NCBI RefSeq assembly: GCF_009914755.1
Contig: NC_060948.1
Reading direction: 5' to 3' (one strand)
Length of the DNA: 64,000 nucleotides
Source: the human T2T-CHM13v2.0 reference genome, Homo sapiens
Part shown: piece after piece, positions 1 to 13,846 of the stretch
Layout: every line of letters begins with the position of its first letter
Position numbering within the stretch: the first letter of the stretch is position 1
Program-made: the position numbers and the translations under genes
The notes under the pieces: model-generated
Told to the model about the DNA's origin: nothing
Seen by the model: the letters and a program-made list of their open reading frames with translations, nothing else
Databases searched by the model: none

Positions 1-435
1 GGAATGGATTGGAATGGAATGGAATTCATTGGAATGGAAGGGAATGTAGTGTAATGGACAGGCCTGGAATAAAGTGGAATGCTACGGTCTCGAATGGAAT
101 AAAAATGTATGGAATGGTATGCAATGAAACGGAATCGAATGTCATAGAATGTAATGGAATGCAAAAAAATGGAATCCAAAATCATTGACTGGAAAGGCTG
201 GGTGTCGAAAGGAATTGACTCCAATGGAATGGAATCGAATGGAATGGAAGTGAATAGAATCGAACTAAATCGAATGGAATGGAATTGATAGGAACGGAAT
301 GGAAAGGAATGCAATGATTTGGCATGGAATGGAATCGAATGGCATCGAATGGAATGGAATGGAATGCAATGGAATGGAATGTATTAGAATGTAATGAACT
401 TTAATGGAATGTACTCGAATGGATTCGACTGGAAT

Positions 436-450
436 GGAATGTTCTGGAAG
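436..450. promoter_or_regulatory. Consensus heat-shock element A (gGAAtgTTCtgGAAg); recurs once per monomer
   Basis: Exact match to the three-pentamer HSF1 consensus nGAAnnTTCnnGAAn. Binding is not shown by sequence alone. Confidence 0.55.
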
Positions 451-715
451 TGAATGGACTCCAATGGAATGGATTCAAAAGGAATGGAATCGTACGGAAT
501 GGAATCTAATGGAATGGAATTAAATGGAAATGAATCAAATTGAATAGCACGGAATTGAATTGAATGGAATGGAATGCAATGGAATCTAATGAAACGGAAA
601 GGAAAGGAATGGAATGGAATAGAATGGGCTGGAATGGAAAGGAATCGAAACGAATGGAATGGAATCGAACTGAAGAGACTGGAATGGAATGCACTGGAAT
701 GGAAGGGAGTGTAAT

Positions 716-730
716 GGAAGGTTCTCGAAA
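716..730. promoter_or_regulatory. Consensus heat-shock element B (gGAAggTTCtcGAAa); recurs once per monomer
   Basis: Exact nGAAnnTTCnnGAAn match; retained even in monomers 6 and 7, where the adjacent 15 bp are deleted. Confidence 0.55.
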
Positions 731-2769
731 AAAATGGAATCGAATGGAATGGAATTGAATGGAACGGAATAGAGTCGAATGGAATTGAATGGAATGGAAT
801 GGACTAGAGTGAAATGGAATCGAACCACAAGGAATGGACAGGAATAGAATAGTCTCGAATTGAATGGAATCGTATGGAATGGCATCAAACGGAATGGAAT
901 GGACAGCCACGGAATGGAATGCACTCGAATGCAATGGAGTCGAAACTAACGGACTGGAATAGAATGGACTCGACTGGTACGGACTCCAATGGAATGGAAT
1001 CGAATGGAAGGGAATCGAACGGAATGGACTCGAAGGGAAAAGACTGCAATGGAAAGGTCTCGAATGGAATGGAAATTAATGGAATGGAATGGAATCGAAT
1101 GAAATGGAGTCAAAAGGAATGGAATCGAATGGCAAGAAATCGAATGTAATGGAATCGCAAGGAATTGATGTGAACGGAATGGAATGGAATGGAATCCAAA
1201 GGAATGGAATAGAATGGAATGGAATCGAATGGAAAGGACTCGAATGGAAATCACTCGAATAGAATGCAATTTAATAAAATAGGATCAAATGTAATGGAAT
1301 GGAATGGAAAGGAATCGAAACGAAAGGAATGGAGACAGATGGAATGGAATGGAACAGAGAGCGATGGTATAGAATGGAATGGAATCATCTGGAATGGAAT
1401 TGAATGGAATGGAATAATATGAAATGGAATGGAATGGAATGGAATGGAATGCCCTTGAATTAAATGGACTGTACTCGAACAGAGTGGAATGGAAAGTGTT
1501 GAGATAGAATGGAATGGACTCCTTTGGAATGGTCTAGTAAGCAATGCAATCGACTGGCAGGGAATCAAAAGGAATGTAATGGAATGGATTGGACTGGAAT
1601 GCAATGGACTCGAATAGATTGGAAACGGAATGCAAAGGAATGGAATGGAATAGTATGGAATGGAAAGAAATGGAATGGAAAGGATTCGAATGGAATGCAA
1701 TCGAATGGAATGGAATCGAACGGAATGGAATAAAATGGAAGAAAACTGGCAAGAAATGGAATCGAAATGAATGGAGTGTTATGGAAGGGACTCAAAAGGA
1801 ATTGAATGTAATAGAATGGAGTGGAGTGGACTCGAATATAATGGACTGGAATGGAATGAAATCACATGGAATGGGAACGAATGGAATGGAATGGAAAGGA
1901 ATGGAATCGAATGGAAAGGAATCGAATGGAAGGGAATGAAATTGAATCAACAGGAATGGAAGGGAATAGAATAGACGGTAATGGAATGGACTCGAATAGA
2001 ATGGACACGAATGCTCAAATTAAATGGACTCGAATGGAATGGAAACGAAAGGAATGTCATCGAAAGGAATTGAATGGATTGGAGTGAAATCGCATAGAAT
2101 GGAGTGGAATCAAATGGAATTGAATCGAAAGGAAAGGAAGCGAATGGACTGAAATGAAATGGAATGGAATTGAATGGAAACTAATGCAATGGAATAGAAT
2201 GGAACGAAATTTCACGGAATGGAATCAAACTGAATGGAATCAAATCAATGGAATCAAATCAAATGGAATGGAAAGGAATTGAATGGAGTAGATGGGATTG
2301 GATGGGATTGGAATGAAATGTACTGGAAAGGACTCGAATTTCATGAAACGGAATGGAATGAATTGGAACGGAATGGACTCGAATGGAATGGAATGTCATG
2401 GAATGGCATCAAATGGAATGGCATCAAATGGAATGGAATCGAATGCAATGGAATGCTATGGAATGGAATGGAATGCATTGGAATGGAATGTCCTCTAATG
2501 GAATGGATTCGAGTGGAATGGAATCGAATATAATGGAGTCGAATGAAATGGAATTGAAAGGAATGGGATCGAATACAATGGAATATACTGGAATGTAATG
2601 TAATGAACTCGAATGTAATTGACTGGAATGGAATGTACATGAATGGAATGTAATCGAATGGAAAGTAATCCAATGGAATAGAATCTAATGCAATAAAATC
2701 GACTCAGATAGAGTAGAATGTAATGGAATGGAGTGCAGTGCAATGGAATGGAATGGAATGGAATGCAAT

Positions 2770-2824
2770 GGAATGGAATGGAATGGAATGGAATGGAATG
2801 GAATGGAATGGAATGGAATGGAAT
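2770..2824 (+). repeat. Pure (GGAAT)n run, variable in length between monomers (11 copies here)
   Basis: Perfect pentamers between GCAAT and GGGAT: 11 copies here, 5 at 6334-6358, 12 at 20543-20602 and 4 at 31223-31242. Confidence 0.9.
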
Positions 2825-3058
2825 GGGATGGGATGGAATTGTATGGAATGGATAGTAATGGACTGGAGTGAAATGGACTGGAAAGGAATGGACTGAAATT
2901 GAAAGGGCTCGAAAGGAATGGAGTCAAATGGAATGGTCTGGAATGGAATGAACACGAATGTAATGCAACCCAATAGAATGGAATCGAATGGCATGGAATA
3001 TAAAGAAATGGAATCGAAGAGAATGGAAACAAATGGAATGGAATTGAATGGAATGGAA

Positions 3059-3212
3059 TTGAATGGAATGGGAACGAATGGAGTGAAATTGTATGCAGTA
3101 GAAGAGAATAGAATGGAATGCAAGCGAAAGGAAAGGAATGGATTGGAATGGAATGGAATTCATTGGAATGGAAGGGAATGTAGTGTAATGGACAGGCCTG
3201 GAATAAAGTGGA
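3059..3212. other. DYZ1 diagnostic segment (classical Y-sexing PCR target, 154 bp, internal EcoRI and StuI/HaeIII sites); one per monomer junction
   Basis: TTGAATGGAATGGGAACGAATGG starts at 3059 and GGACAGGCCTGGAATAAAGTGGA ends at 3212. Primer identity is from memory of the literature. Confidence 0.75.
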
Positions 3213-6200
3213 ATGATACGGTCTCGAATGGAATAAAAATGTATGGAATGGAATGCAATGAAACGGAATCGAATGTCATAGAATGTAATGGAATGCAAAA
3301 AAATGGAATCCAAAATCATTGACTGGAAAGGCTGGGTGTCGAAAGGAATTGACTCCAATGGAATGGAATCGAATGGAATGGAAGTGAATAGAATCGAACT
3401 AAATCGAATGGAATGGAATTGATAGGAACGGAATGGAAAGGAATGCAATCATTTGGCATGGAATGGAATCGAATGGCATCGAATGGAATGGAATGGAATG
3501 CAATGGAATGGAATGTATTAGAATGTAATGAACTTTAATGGAATGTACTCGAATGGATTCGACTGGAATGGAATGTTCTGGAAGTAAATGGACTCCAATG
3601 GAATGGATTCAAAAGGAATGGAATAGTACGGAATGGAATCTAATGGAATGGAATTAAATGGAAATGAATCAAATTGAATAGCACAGAATTGAATTGAATG
3701 GAATGGAATGCAATGGAATCTAATGAAACGGAAAGGAAAGGAATGGAATGGAATGGAATGGGCTGGAATGGAAAGGAATCGAAACGAATGGAATGGAATC
3801 GAACTGAAGAGACTGGAATGGAATGCACTGGAATGGAAGGGAGTGTAATGGAAGGTTCTCGAAAAAAATGGAATCGAATGGAATGGAATTGAATGGAACG
3901 GAATAGAGTCGAATGGAATTGAATGGAATGGAATGGACTAGAGTGAAATGGAATCGAACCACAAGGAATGGACAGGAATAGAATGGTCTCGAATTGAATG
4001 GAATCGTATGGAATGGCATCAAACGGAATGGAATGGACAGCCACGGAATGGAATGCACTCGAATGCAATGGAGTCTAAACTAATGGACTGGAATAGAATG
4101 GACTCGACTGGTACGGACTCCAATGGAATGGAATCGAATGGAAGGGAATCGAACGGAATGGACTCGAAGGAAAAAGACTGCAATGGAAAGGTCTCGAATG
4201 GAATGGAAATTAATGGAATGGAATGGAATCGAATGAAATGGAGGCAAAAGGAATGGAATCGAATGGCAAGAAATCGAATGTAATGGAATCGCAAGGAATT
4301 GATGTGAATGGAACGGAATGGAATGGAATCCAAAGGAATGGAATAGAATGGAATGGAATCGAATGCAAAGGACTCGAATGGAAATCACTCGAATAGAATG
4401 CAATTTAATAAAATAGGATCAAATGTAATGGAATGGAATTGAAAGGAATCGAAACGAAAGGAATGGAGACAGATGGAATGGAATGGAACAGAGAGCAATG
4501 GTATAGAATGGAATGGAATCATCTAGAATGTAATTGAATGGAATGGAATAATATGAAATGGAATGGAATGGAATGGAATGCCCTTGAATTAAATGGACTG
4601 GAATGGAATGGACTCGAACAGAGTGGAATGGAAAGTGTTGAGATAGAATGGAATGGACTCCTTTGGAATGGTGTAGTATGCAATGCAATCGACTGGCAGG
4701 GAATCAAAAGGAATGTAATCGAATGGATTGGACTGGAATGCAATGGACTCGAATAGATTGGAAACGGAATGCAAAGGAATGGAATGGAATAGTATGGAAT
4801 GGAATGGAAAGGAATGGAGTGGAATAGACTAGAGTGGAATGGAATGGACTCGAAAGCAATGGACTGGAATGGAACTTTCTTGAATGGACTGGAACCAAAC
4901 GGAATGGAATGCAATGCAATCAAATGGCATGGAATAAGATAGAATGAAAGAGAATCAAATGGAATTGAATCGAATGGAATCGAATGGATTGGAAAGGAAT
5001 AGAATGGAATGGAATGGAATTGACTCAAATGGAATGGACTAGAATGGAATGGATTCGAATGGAAGGCAAAGGAATGGAATCTATTGGAATGGACTGTAAT
5101 GGAATGCAATGGAAAGGATTGGAATGGACTCGAATGGAATGGACTGCAATAGAAAGGATTCGAATGGAATGAAAAAGAATTGAATGGAATAGAACAGAAT
5201 GGAATCAAATCGAATGAAATGGAATGGAATAGAAAGGAATGGAATGAAATGGAATGGAAAGGATTCGAATGGAATGCAATCGAATGGAATGGAATCGAAC
5301 GGAATGGAATAAAATGGAAGAAAACTGGCAAGAAATGGAATCGAAATGAATGGAGTGTTATGGAATGGACTCAAAAGGAATTGAATGTAATAGAATGGAG
5401 TGGAGTGGACTCGAATATAATGGACTGGAATGGAATGAAATCACATGGAAAGGGAACGAATGGAATGGAATGGAAAGGAATGGAATTGAATGGAAAGGAA
5501 TCGAACGGAAGGGAATGAAATTGAATCAACAGGAATGGAAGGGAATAGAATAGACGGTAATGGAATGGACTCGAATAGAATGGACACGAATGCTCAAATT
5601 GAATGGACTCGAATGAAATGGATACGAAAGGAATGTCATCGAATGGAATTGAATCGATTGGAATGAAATCGCATAGAATGGAGTGGAATCAAATGGAATT
5701 GAATCGAAAGGAAAGGAAGCGAATGGACTGAAATGAAATGGAATGGAATTGAATGGAAAGTAATGCAATGGAATAGAATGGAACGAAATTTCACGGTATG
5801 GAATCAAACTGAATGGAATCAAATCAATGGAATCAAATCAAATGGAATGGAAAGGAATTGAATGGAGTAGATGGGATTGGATGGGATTGGAATGAAATGT
5901 ACTGGAAAGGACTCGAATTTCATGAAACGGAATGGAATGAATTGGAACGGAATGGACACGAATGGAATGGAATGTCATGGAATGGCATCAAATGGAATGG
6001 AATCGAATGCAATGGAATGCTATGGAATGGAATGGAATGCATTGGAATGGAATGTCCTCTAATGGAATGGATTCGAGTGGAATGGAGTCGAATATAATGG
6101 AATCGAATTAAATGGAATTGAAAGGAATGGGACCGAATACAATGGAATATACTGGAATGTAATGTAATGAACTCGAATGTAATTGACTGGAATGGAATGT

Positions 6201-6723
6201 ACATGAATGGAATGTAATCGAATGGAAAGTAATCCAATGGAATAGAATCTAATGCAATAAAATCGACTCAAATAGAGTAGAATGTAATGGAATGGAGTGC
6301 AGTGCAATGGAATGGAATGGAATGGAATGCAATGGAATGGAATGGAATGGAATGGAATGGGATGGAATGGGATGGAATGGATAGTAATGGACTGGAGTGA
6401 AATGGACTGGAAAGGAATGGACTCAAATTGAAAGGGCTCGAAAGGAATGGAGACAAATGGAATGGTCTGGAATGGAATGAACACGAATTTAATGCAATCC
6501 AATAGAATGGAGTCGAATGGCATGGAATATAAAGAAATGGAATCGAAGAGAATGGAAACAAATGGAATGGAATTGAATGGAATGGAATTGAATGGAATGG
6601 GAACGAATGGAGTGAAATTGTATGCAGTAGAAGAGAATAGAATGGAATGCAAGCGAAAGGAAAGGAATGGATTGGAATGGAATGGAATTCATTGGAATGG
6701 AAGGGAATGTAGTGTAATGGACA
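3195..6723 (+). repeat. DYZ1 monomer 2 (3529 bp)
   Basis: GGCC at 3195 and 6724; lacks one 15-bp GGCATCAAATGGAAT copy near 5985 and has a short pure-pentamer run. Confidence 0.92.
4871..4885. promoter_or_regulatory. Consensus heat-shock element C (gGAActTTCttGAAt); present in most monomers
   Basis: Exact nGAAnnTTCnnGAAn match; deleted in monomer 1 and changed to TTCttGGA in monomers 5, 6 and 11. Confidence 0.5.
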
Positions 6724-9700
6724 GGCCTGGAATAAAGTGGAATGCTACGGTCTCGAATGGAATAAAAATGTATGGAATGGAATGCAATGAAACGGAATCG
6801 AATGTCATAGAATGTAATGGAATGCAAAAAAATGGAATCCAAAATCATTGACTGGAAAGGCTGGGTGTCGAAAGGAATTGACTCCAATGGAATGGAATCG
6901 AATGGAATGGAAGTGAATAGAATCGAACTAAATCGAATGGAATGGAATTGATAGGAACGGAATGGAAAGGAATGCAATGATTTGGCATGGAATGGAATCG
7001 AATGGCATCGAATGGAATGGAATGGAAAAAAATGGAATGGAATGTATTAGAATGTAATGAACTTTAATGGAATGTACTCGAATGGATTCGACTGGAATGG
7101 AATGTTCTGGAAGTGAATGGACTCCAATGGAATGGATTCAAAAGGAATGGAATCGTACGGAATGGAATCTAATGGAATGGAATTAAATGGAAATGAATCA
7201 AATTGAATAGCACGGAATAGAATTGAATGGAATCGAATGCAATGGAATCTAATGAAACGGAAAGGAAAGGAATGCAATGGAATGGAATGGGATGGAATGC
7301 AAAGGAATCGAAACGAATGGAATGGAATCGAACTGAAGAGACTGGAATGGAATGCACTGGAATGGAAGGGAGTGTAATGGAAGGTTCTCGAAAAAAATGC
7401 AATCGAATGGAATGGAATTGAATGGAACGGAATAGATTCGAATGGAATTGAATGGAATGGAATGGACTAGAGTGAAATGGAATCGAACCACAAGGAATGG
7501 ACAGGAATAGAATGGTCTCGAATTGAATGGAATCGTATGGAATGGCATCAAACGGAATGGAATGGACAGCCACGGAATGGAATGCACTCGAATGCAACGG
7601 AGTCGAAACTAATGGACTGGAATAGAATGGACTCGACTGGTACGGACTCCAATGGAATGGAATCGAATGGAAGGGAATCGAAAGGAATGGACTCGAAGGG
7701 AAAAGACTGCAATGGAAAGGTCTCGAATGGAATGGAAATTAATGGAATGGAATGGAATCGAATGAAATGGAGTCAAAAGGAATGGAATCGAATGGCAAGA
7801 AATCGAATGTAATGGAATCGCAAGGAATTGATGTGAACGGAACGGAATGGAATGGAATCCAAAGGAATGGAATAGAATGGAATGGAATCGAATGGAAAGG
7901 ACTCGAATGGAAATCACTCGAATAGAATGCAATTTAATAAAATAGGGTCAAATGTAATGGAATGGAATGGAAAGGAATCGAAACGAAAGGAATGGAGACA
8001 GATGGAATGGAATGGGACAGAGAGCAATGGTATAGAATGGAATGGAATCATCTGGAATGGAATTGAATGGAATGGAATAATATGAAATGGAATGGAATGG
8101 AATGGAATGGAATGGAATGGAATGCCCTTGAATTAAATGGACTGGATTCGAACAGAGTGGAATGGAAAGTGTTGAGATAGAATGGAATGGACTCCTTTGG
8201 AATGGTCTAGTATGCAATGCAATCGACTGGCAGGGAATCAAAAGGAATGTAATGGAATGGATTGGACTGGAATGCAATGGACTCGAATAGATTGGAAACG
8301 GAATGCAAAGGAATGGAATGGAATAGTATGGAATGGAATGGAAAGGAATGGAGTGGAATAGACTAGAGTGGAATGGAATGGACTGGAAAGCAATGGACTG
8401 GAATGGAACTTTCTTGAATGGACTGGAATCAAACGGAATGGAATGCAATGCAATCAAATGGCATGGAATAAAATAGAATGAAAGAGAATCAAATGGAATT
8501 GAATCGAATGGAATCGAATGGATTGGAAAGGAATAGAATGGAATGGAATGGAATTGACTCAAATGGAATGGACTAGAATGGAATGGATTCGAATGGAAGG
8601 CAAAGGAATGGAATCTATTGGAATGGACTGTAATGGAATGGAATGGAAGGGATTGGAATGGACTCGAATGGAATGGACTGCAATAGAAAGGATTCGAATG
8701 GAATGAAAAAGAGTTGAATGGAATAGAACAGAATGGAATCAAATCGAATGAAATGGAATGGAATAGAAAGGAATGGAATGAAATGGAATGGAAAGGATTC
8801 GAATGGAATGCAATCGAATGGAATGGAATCGAACGGAATGGAATAAAATGGAAGAAAACTGGCAAGAAATGGAATCGAAATGAATGGAGTGTTATGGAAC
8901 GGACTCAAAAGGAATTGAATGTAATAGAATGGAGTGGAGTGGACTCGAATATAATGGACTGGAATGGAATGAAATCACATGGAATGGGAACGAATGGAAT
9001 GGAATGGAAAGGAATGGAATCGAATGGAAAGGAATCGAATGGAAGGGAATGAAATTGAATCAACAGGAATGGAAGGGAATAGAATAGACGGTAATGGAAT
9101 GGACTCGAATAGAATGGACACGAATGCTCAAATTGAATGGACTCGAATGGAATGGAAACGAAAGGAATGTCATCGAATGGAATTGAATCGATTGGAATGA
9201 AATCGCATAGAATGGAGTGGAATCAAATGGAATTGAATCGAAAGGAAAGGAAGCGAATGGACTGAAATGAAATGGAATGGAATTGAATGGAAAGTAATGC
9301 AATGGAATAGAATGGAACGAAATTTCACGGAATGGAATCAAACTGAATGGAATCAAATCAATGGAATCAAATCAAATGGAATGGAAAGGAATTGAATGGA
9401 GTAGATTGGATTGGATGGGATTGGAATGAAATGTACTGGAAAGGACTCGAATTTCATGAAACGGAATGGAATGAATTGGAACGGAATGGACTCAAATGGA
9501 ATGGAATGTCATGGAATGGCATCAAATGGAATGGCATCAAATGGAATGGAATCGAATGCAATGGAATGCTATGGAATGGAATGGAATGCATTGGAATGGA
9601 ATGTCCTCTAATGGAATGGATTCAAGTGGAATGGAATCGAATATAATGGAGTCGAATGAAAAGGAATTGAAAGGAATGGGATCGAATACAATGGAATATA

Positions 9701-10292
9701 CTGGAATGTAATGTAATGAACTCGAATGCAATTGACTGGAATGGAATGTACATGAATGGAATGTAATCGAATGGAAAGTAATCCAATGGAATAGAATCTA
9801 ATGCAATAAAATCGACTCAGATAGAGTAGAATGTAATGGAATGGAGTGCAGTGCAATGCAATGGAATGGAATGGAATGCAATGGAATGGAATGGAATGGA
9901 GTGGAATGGAATGGAATGGAATGGAATGGGATGGAATGGTATGGAATGGATAGTAATGGACTGGAATGAAATGGACTGGAAAAGAATGGACTCAAATTGA
10001 AAGGGCTCGAAAGGAATGGAGTCAAATGGAATGGTCTGGAATGGAATGAACACGAATGTAATGCAATCCAATAGAATGGAATCGAATGGCATGGAATATA
10101 AAGAAATGGAATCGAAGAGAATGGAAACAAATGGAATGGAATTGAATGGAATGGAATTGAATGGAATGGGAACGAATGGAGTGAAATTGTATGCAGTAGA
10201 AGAGAATAGAATGGAATGCAAGCGAAAGGAAAGGAATGGATTGCAATGGAATGGAATTCATTGAAATGGAAGGAAATGTAGTGTAATGGACA
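6724..10292 (+). repeat. DYZ1 monomer 3 (3569 bp)
   Basis: GGCC at 6724 and 10293. Confidence 0.92.
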
Positions 10293-13200
10293 GGCCTGGA
10301 ATAAAGTGGAATGCTACGGTCTCGAATGGAATAAAAATGTATGGAATTGAATGCAATGAAACGGAATCGAATGTCATAGAATGTAATGGAATGCAAAAAA
10401 ATGGAATCCAAAATCATTGACTGGAAAGGCTGGGTGTCGAAAGGAATTGACTCCAATGGAATGGAATCGAATGGAATGGAAGTGAATAGAATCGAACTAA
10501 ATCGAATGGAATGGAATTGATAGGAACGGAATGGAAAGGAATGCAATGATTTGGCATGGAATGGAATCGAATGGCATCGAATGGAATGGAATGGAATGCA
10601 ATGGAATGGAATGTATTAGAATGTAATGAACATTAATGGAATGTACTCGAATGGATTCGACTGGAATGGAATGTTCTGGAAGTGAATGGACTCCAATGGA
10701 ATGGATTCGAAAGGAATGGAATCGAACGGAATGGAATCTAATGGAATGGAATTAAATGGAAATGAATCAAATTGAATAGCACGGAATTGAATTGAATGGA
10801 ATCGAATGCAATGGAATCTAATGAAACGGAAAGGAAAGGAATGGAATGGAATGGAATGGGCTGGAATGGAAAGGAATCGAAACGAATGGAATGGAAGCGA
10901 ACTGAAGAGACTGGAATGGAATGCACTGGAATGGAAGGGATTGTAATGGAAGGTTCTCGAAAATAATGGAAGCAAATGGAATGGAATTGAATGGAACGGA
11001 ATAGAGTCGAATGGAATTGAATGGAATGGAATGGACTAGAGTGAAATGGAATCGAACCACAAGGAATGGACAGGAATAGAATGGTCTCGAATTGAATGGA
11101 ATCGTATGGAATGGCATCAAACGGAATGGAATGGACAGCCACGGAATGGAATGCACTCGAATGCAATGGAGTCGAAACTTATGGACTGGAATAGAATGGA
11201 CTCGACTGGTACGGACTCCAATGGAATGGAATCGAATGGAAGGGATTCGAACGGAATGGACTCGAAGGGAAAAGACTGCAATGGAAAGGTCTCGAATGGA
11301 ATGGAAATTAATGGAATGGAATGGAATCGAATGAAATGGAGTCAAAAGGAATGGAATCGAATGGCAAGAAATCGAATGTAATGGAATCGCAAGGAATTGA
11401 TGTGAACGGAACGGAATGGAATGGAATCCAAAGGAATGGAATAGAATGGAATGGAATCGAATGGAAAGGACTCGAATGGAAATCACTCGAATAGAATGCA
11501 ATTTAATAAAATAGGATCAAATGTAATGGAATGGAATGGAAAGGAATCGAAACAAAAGGAATGGAGACAGATGGAATGGAATGGAACAGAGAGCAATGGT
11601 ATAGAATGGAATGGAATCATCTGGAATGGAATTGAATGGAATGGAATAATATGAAATGGAATGGAATGGAATGGAATGGAATGCCCTTGAATTAAATGGA
11701 CTGGAATGGAATGGACTCGAACAGAGTGGAATGGAAAGTGTTGAGATAGAATGGAATGGACTCCTTTGGAATGGTGTAGTATGCAATGCAATCGACTGGC
11801 AGGGAATCAAAAGGAATGTAATCGAATGGATTGGACTGGAATGCAATGGACTCGAATAGTTTGCAAACGGAATGCAAAGGAATGGAATGGAATAGTATGG
11901 AATGGAATGGAAAGGAATGGAGTGGAATAGACTAGAGTGGAATGGAATGGACTGGAAAGCAATGGACTGGAATGGAACTTTCTTGAATGGACTGGAATCA
12001 AACGGAATGGAATGCAATGCAATCAAATGGCATGGAATAAAATAGAATGAAAGAGAATCAAATGGAATTGAATCGAATGGAATCGAATGGATTGGAAAGG
12101 AATAGAATGGAATGGAATGGAATTGACTCAAATGGAATGGACTAGAATGGAATGGATTCGAATGGAAGGCAAAGGAATGGAATCTATTGGAATGGACTGT
12201 AATGGAATGGAATGGAAGGGATTGGAATGGACTCGAATGGAATGGACTGCAATAGAAAGGATTCGAATGGAATGAAAAAGAATTGAATGGAATAGAACAG
12301 AATGGAATCAAATCGAATGAAATGGAATGGAATAGAAAGGAATGGAATGAAATGGAATGGAAAGGATTCGAATGGAATGCAATCGAATGGAATGGAATCG
12401 AACGGAATGGAATAAAATGGAAGAAAACTGGCAAGAAATGGAATCGAAATGAATGGAGTGTTATGGAACGGACTCAAAAGGAATTGAATGTAATAGAATG
12501 GAGCGGAGTGGACTCGAATATAATGGACTGGAATGGAATGAAATCACATGGAATGGGAACGAATGGAATGGAATGGAAAGGAATGGAATCGAATGGAAAG
12601 GAATCGAATGGAAGGGAATGAAATTGAATCAACAGGAATGGAAGGGAATAGAATAGACGGTAATGGAATGGACTCGAATAGAATGGACACGCATGCTCAA
12701 ATTGAATGGACTCGAATGGAATGGAAACGAAAGGAATGTCATCGAATGGAATTGAATCGATTGGAATGAAATCGCATAGAATGGAGTGGAATCAAATGGA
12801 ATTGAATCGAAAGGAAAGGAAGCGAATGGACTGAAATGAAATGGAATGGAATTGAATGGAAAGTAATGCAATGGAATAGAATGGAACGAAATTTCACGGA
12901 ATGGAATCAAACTGAATGGAATCAAATCAATGGAATCAAATCCAATGGAATGGAAAGGAATTGAATGGAGTAGATTGGATTGGATGGGATTGGAATGAAA
13001 TGTACTGGAAAGGACTCGAATTTCATGAAACGGAATGGAATGAATTGGAACGGAATGGACTCGAATGGAATGGAATGTCATGGAATGGCATCAAATGGAA
13101 TGGCATCAAATGGAATGGAATCGAATGCAATGGAATGCTATGGAATGGAATGGAATGCATTGGAATGGAATGTCCTCTAATGGAATGGATTCGAGTGGAA

Positions 13201-13846
13201 TGGAATCGAATATAATGGAGTCGAATGAAATGGAATTGAAAGGAATGGGATCGAATACAATGGAATATACTGGAATGTAATGTAATGAACTCGAATGTAA
13301 TTGACTGGAATGGAATGTACATGAATGGAATGTAATCGAATGGAAAGTAATCCAATGGAATAGAATCTAATGCAATAAAATCGACTCAGATAGAGTAGAA
13401 TGTAATGGAATGGAGTGCAGTGCAATGGAATGGAATGGAATGGAATGCAATGGAATGGAATGGAATGGAATGGAATGGAATGGGATGGAATGGTATGGAA
13501 TGGATAGTAATGGACTGGAGTGAAATGGACTGGAAAGGAATGGACTCAAATTGAAAGGGCTCGAAAGGAATGGAGTCAAATGGAATGGTCTGGAATGGAA
13601 TGAACACGAATGTAATGCAATCCAATAGAATGGAATCGAATGGCATGGAATATAAAGAAATGGAATCGAAGAGAATGGAAACAAATGGAATGGAATTGAA
13701 TGGAATGGAATTGAATGGAATGGGAACGAATGGAGTGAAATTGTATGCAGTAGAAGGGAATAGAATGGAATGCAACCGAAAGGAAAGGAATGGATTGGAA
13801 TGGAATGGAATTCATTGGAATGGAAGGGAATGTAGTGTAATGGACA
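10293..13846 (+). repeat. DYZ1 monomer 4 (3554 bp)
   Basis: GGCC at 10293 and 13847. Confidence 0.92.

Larger units (their letters stand above)
61..3194 (+). repeat. DYZ1 monomer 1 (3134 bp; carries a 440-bp internal deletion)
   Basis: GGCC at 61 and 3195; deletion junction at about 1657-1680. Confidence 0.92.

Noticed and set aside
196-207. GGCTGGGTGTCG and other G-rich words as G-quadruplex candidates
   Set aside because: Four closely spaced G3 runs are not present; the array is dominated by GG doublets.
1271-1280. AATAAA polyadenylation-like signals (several per monomer) and AT-rich TATA-like words
   Set aside because: They arise easily from GGAAT plus AAA variant pentamers. There is no downstream GU-rich element or other support, and transcription cannot be inferred from sequence alone.
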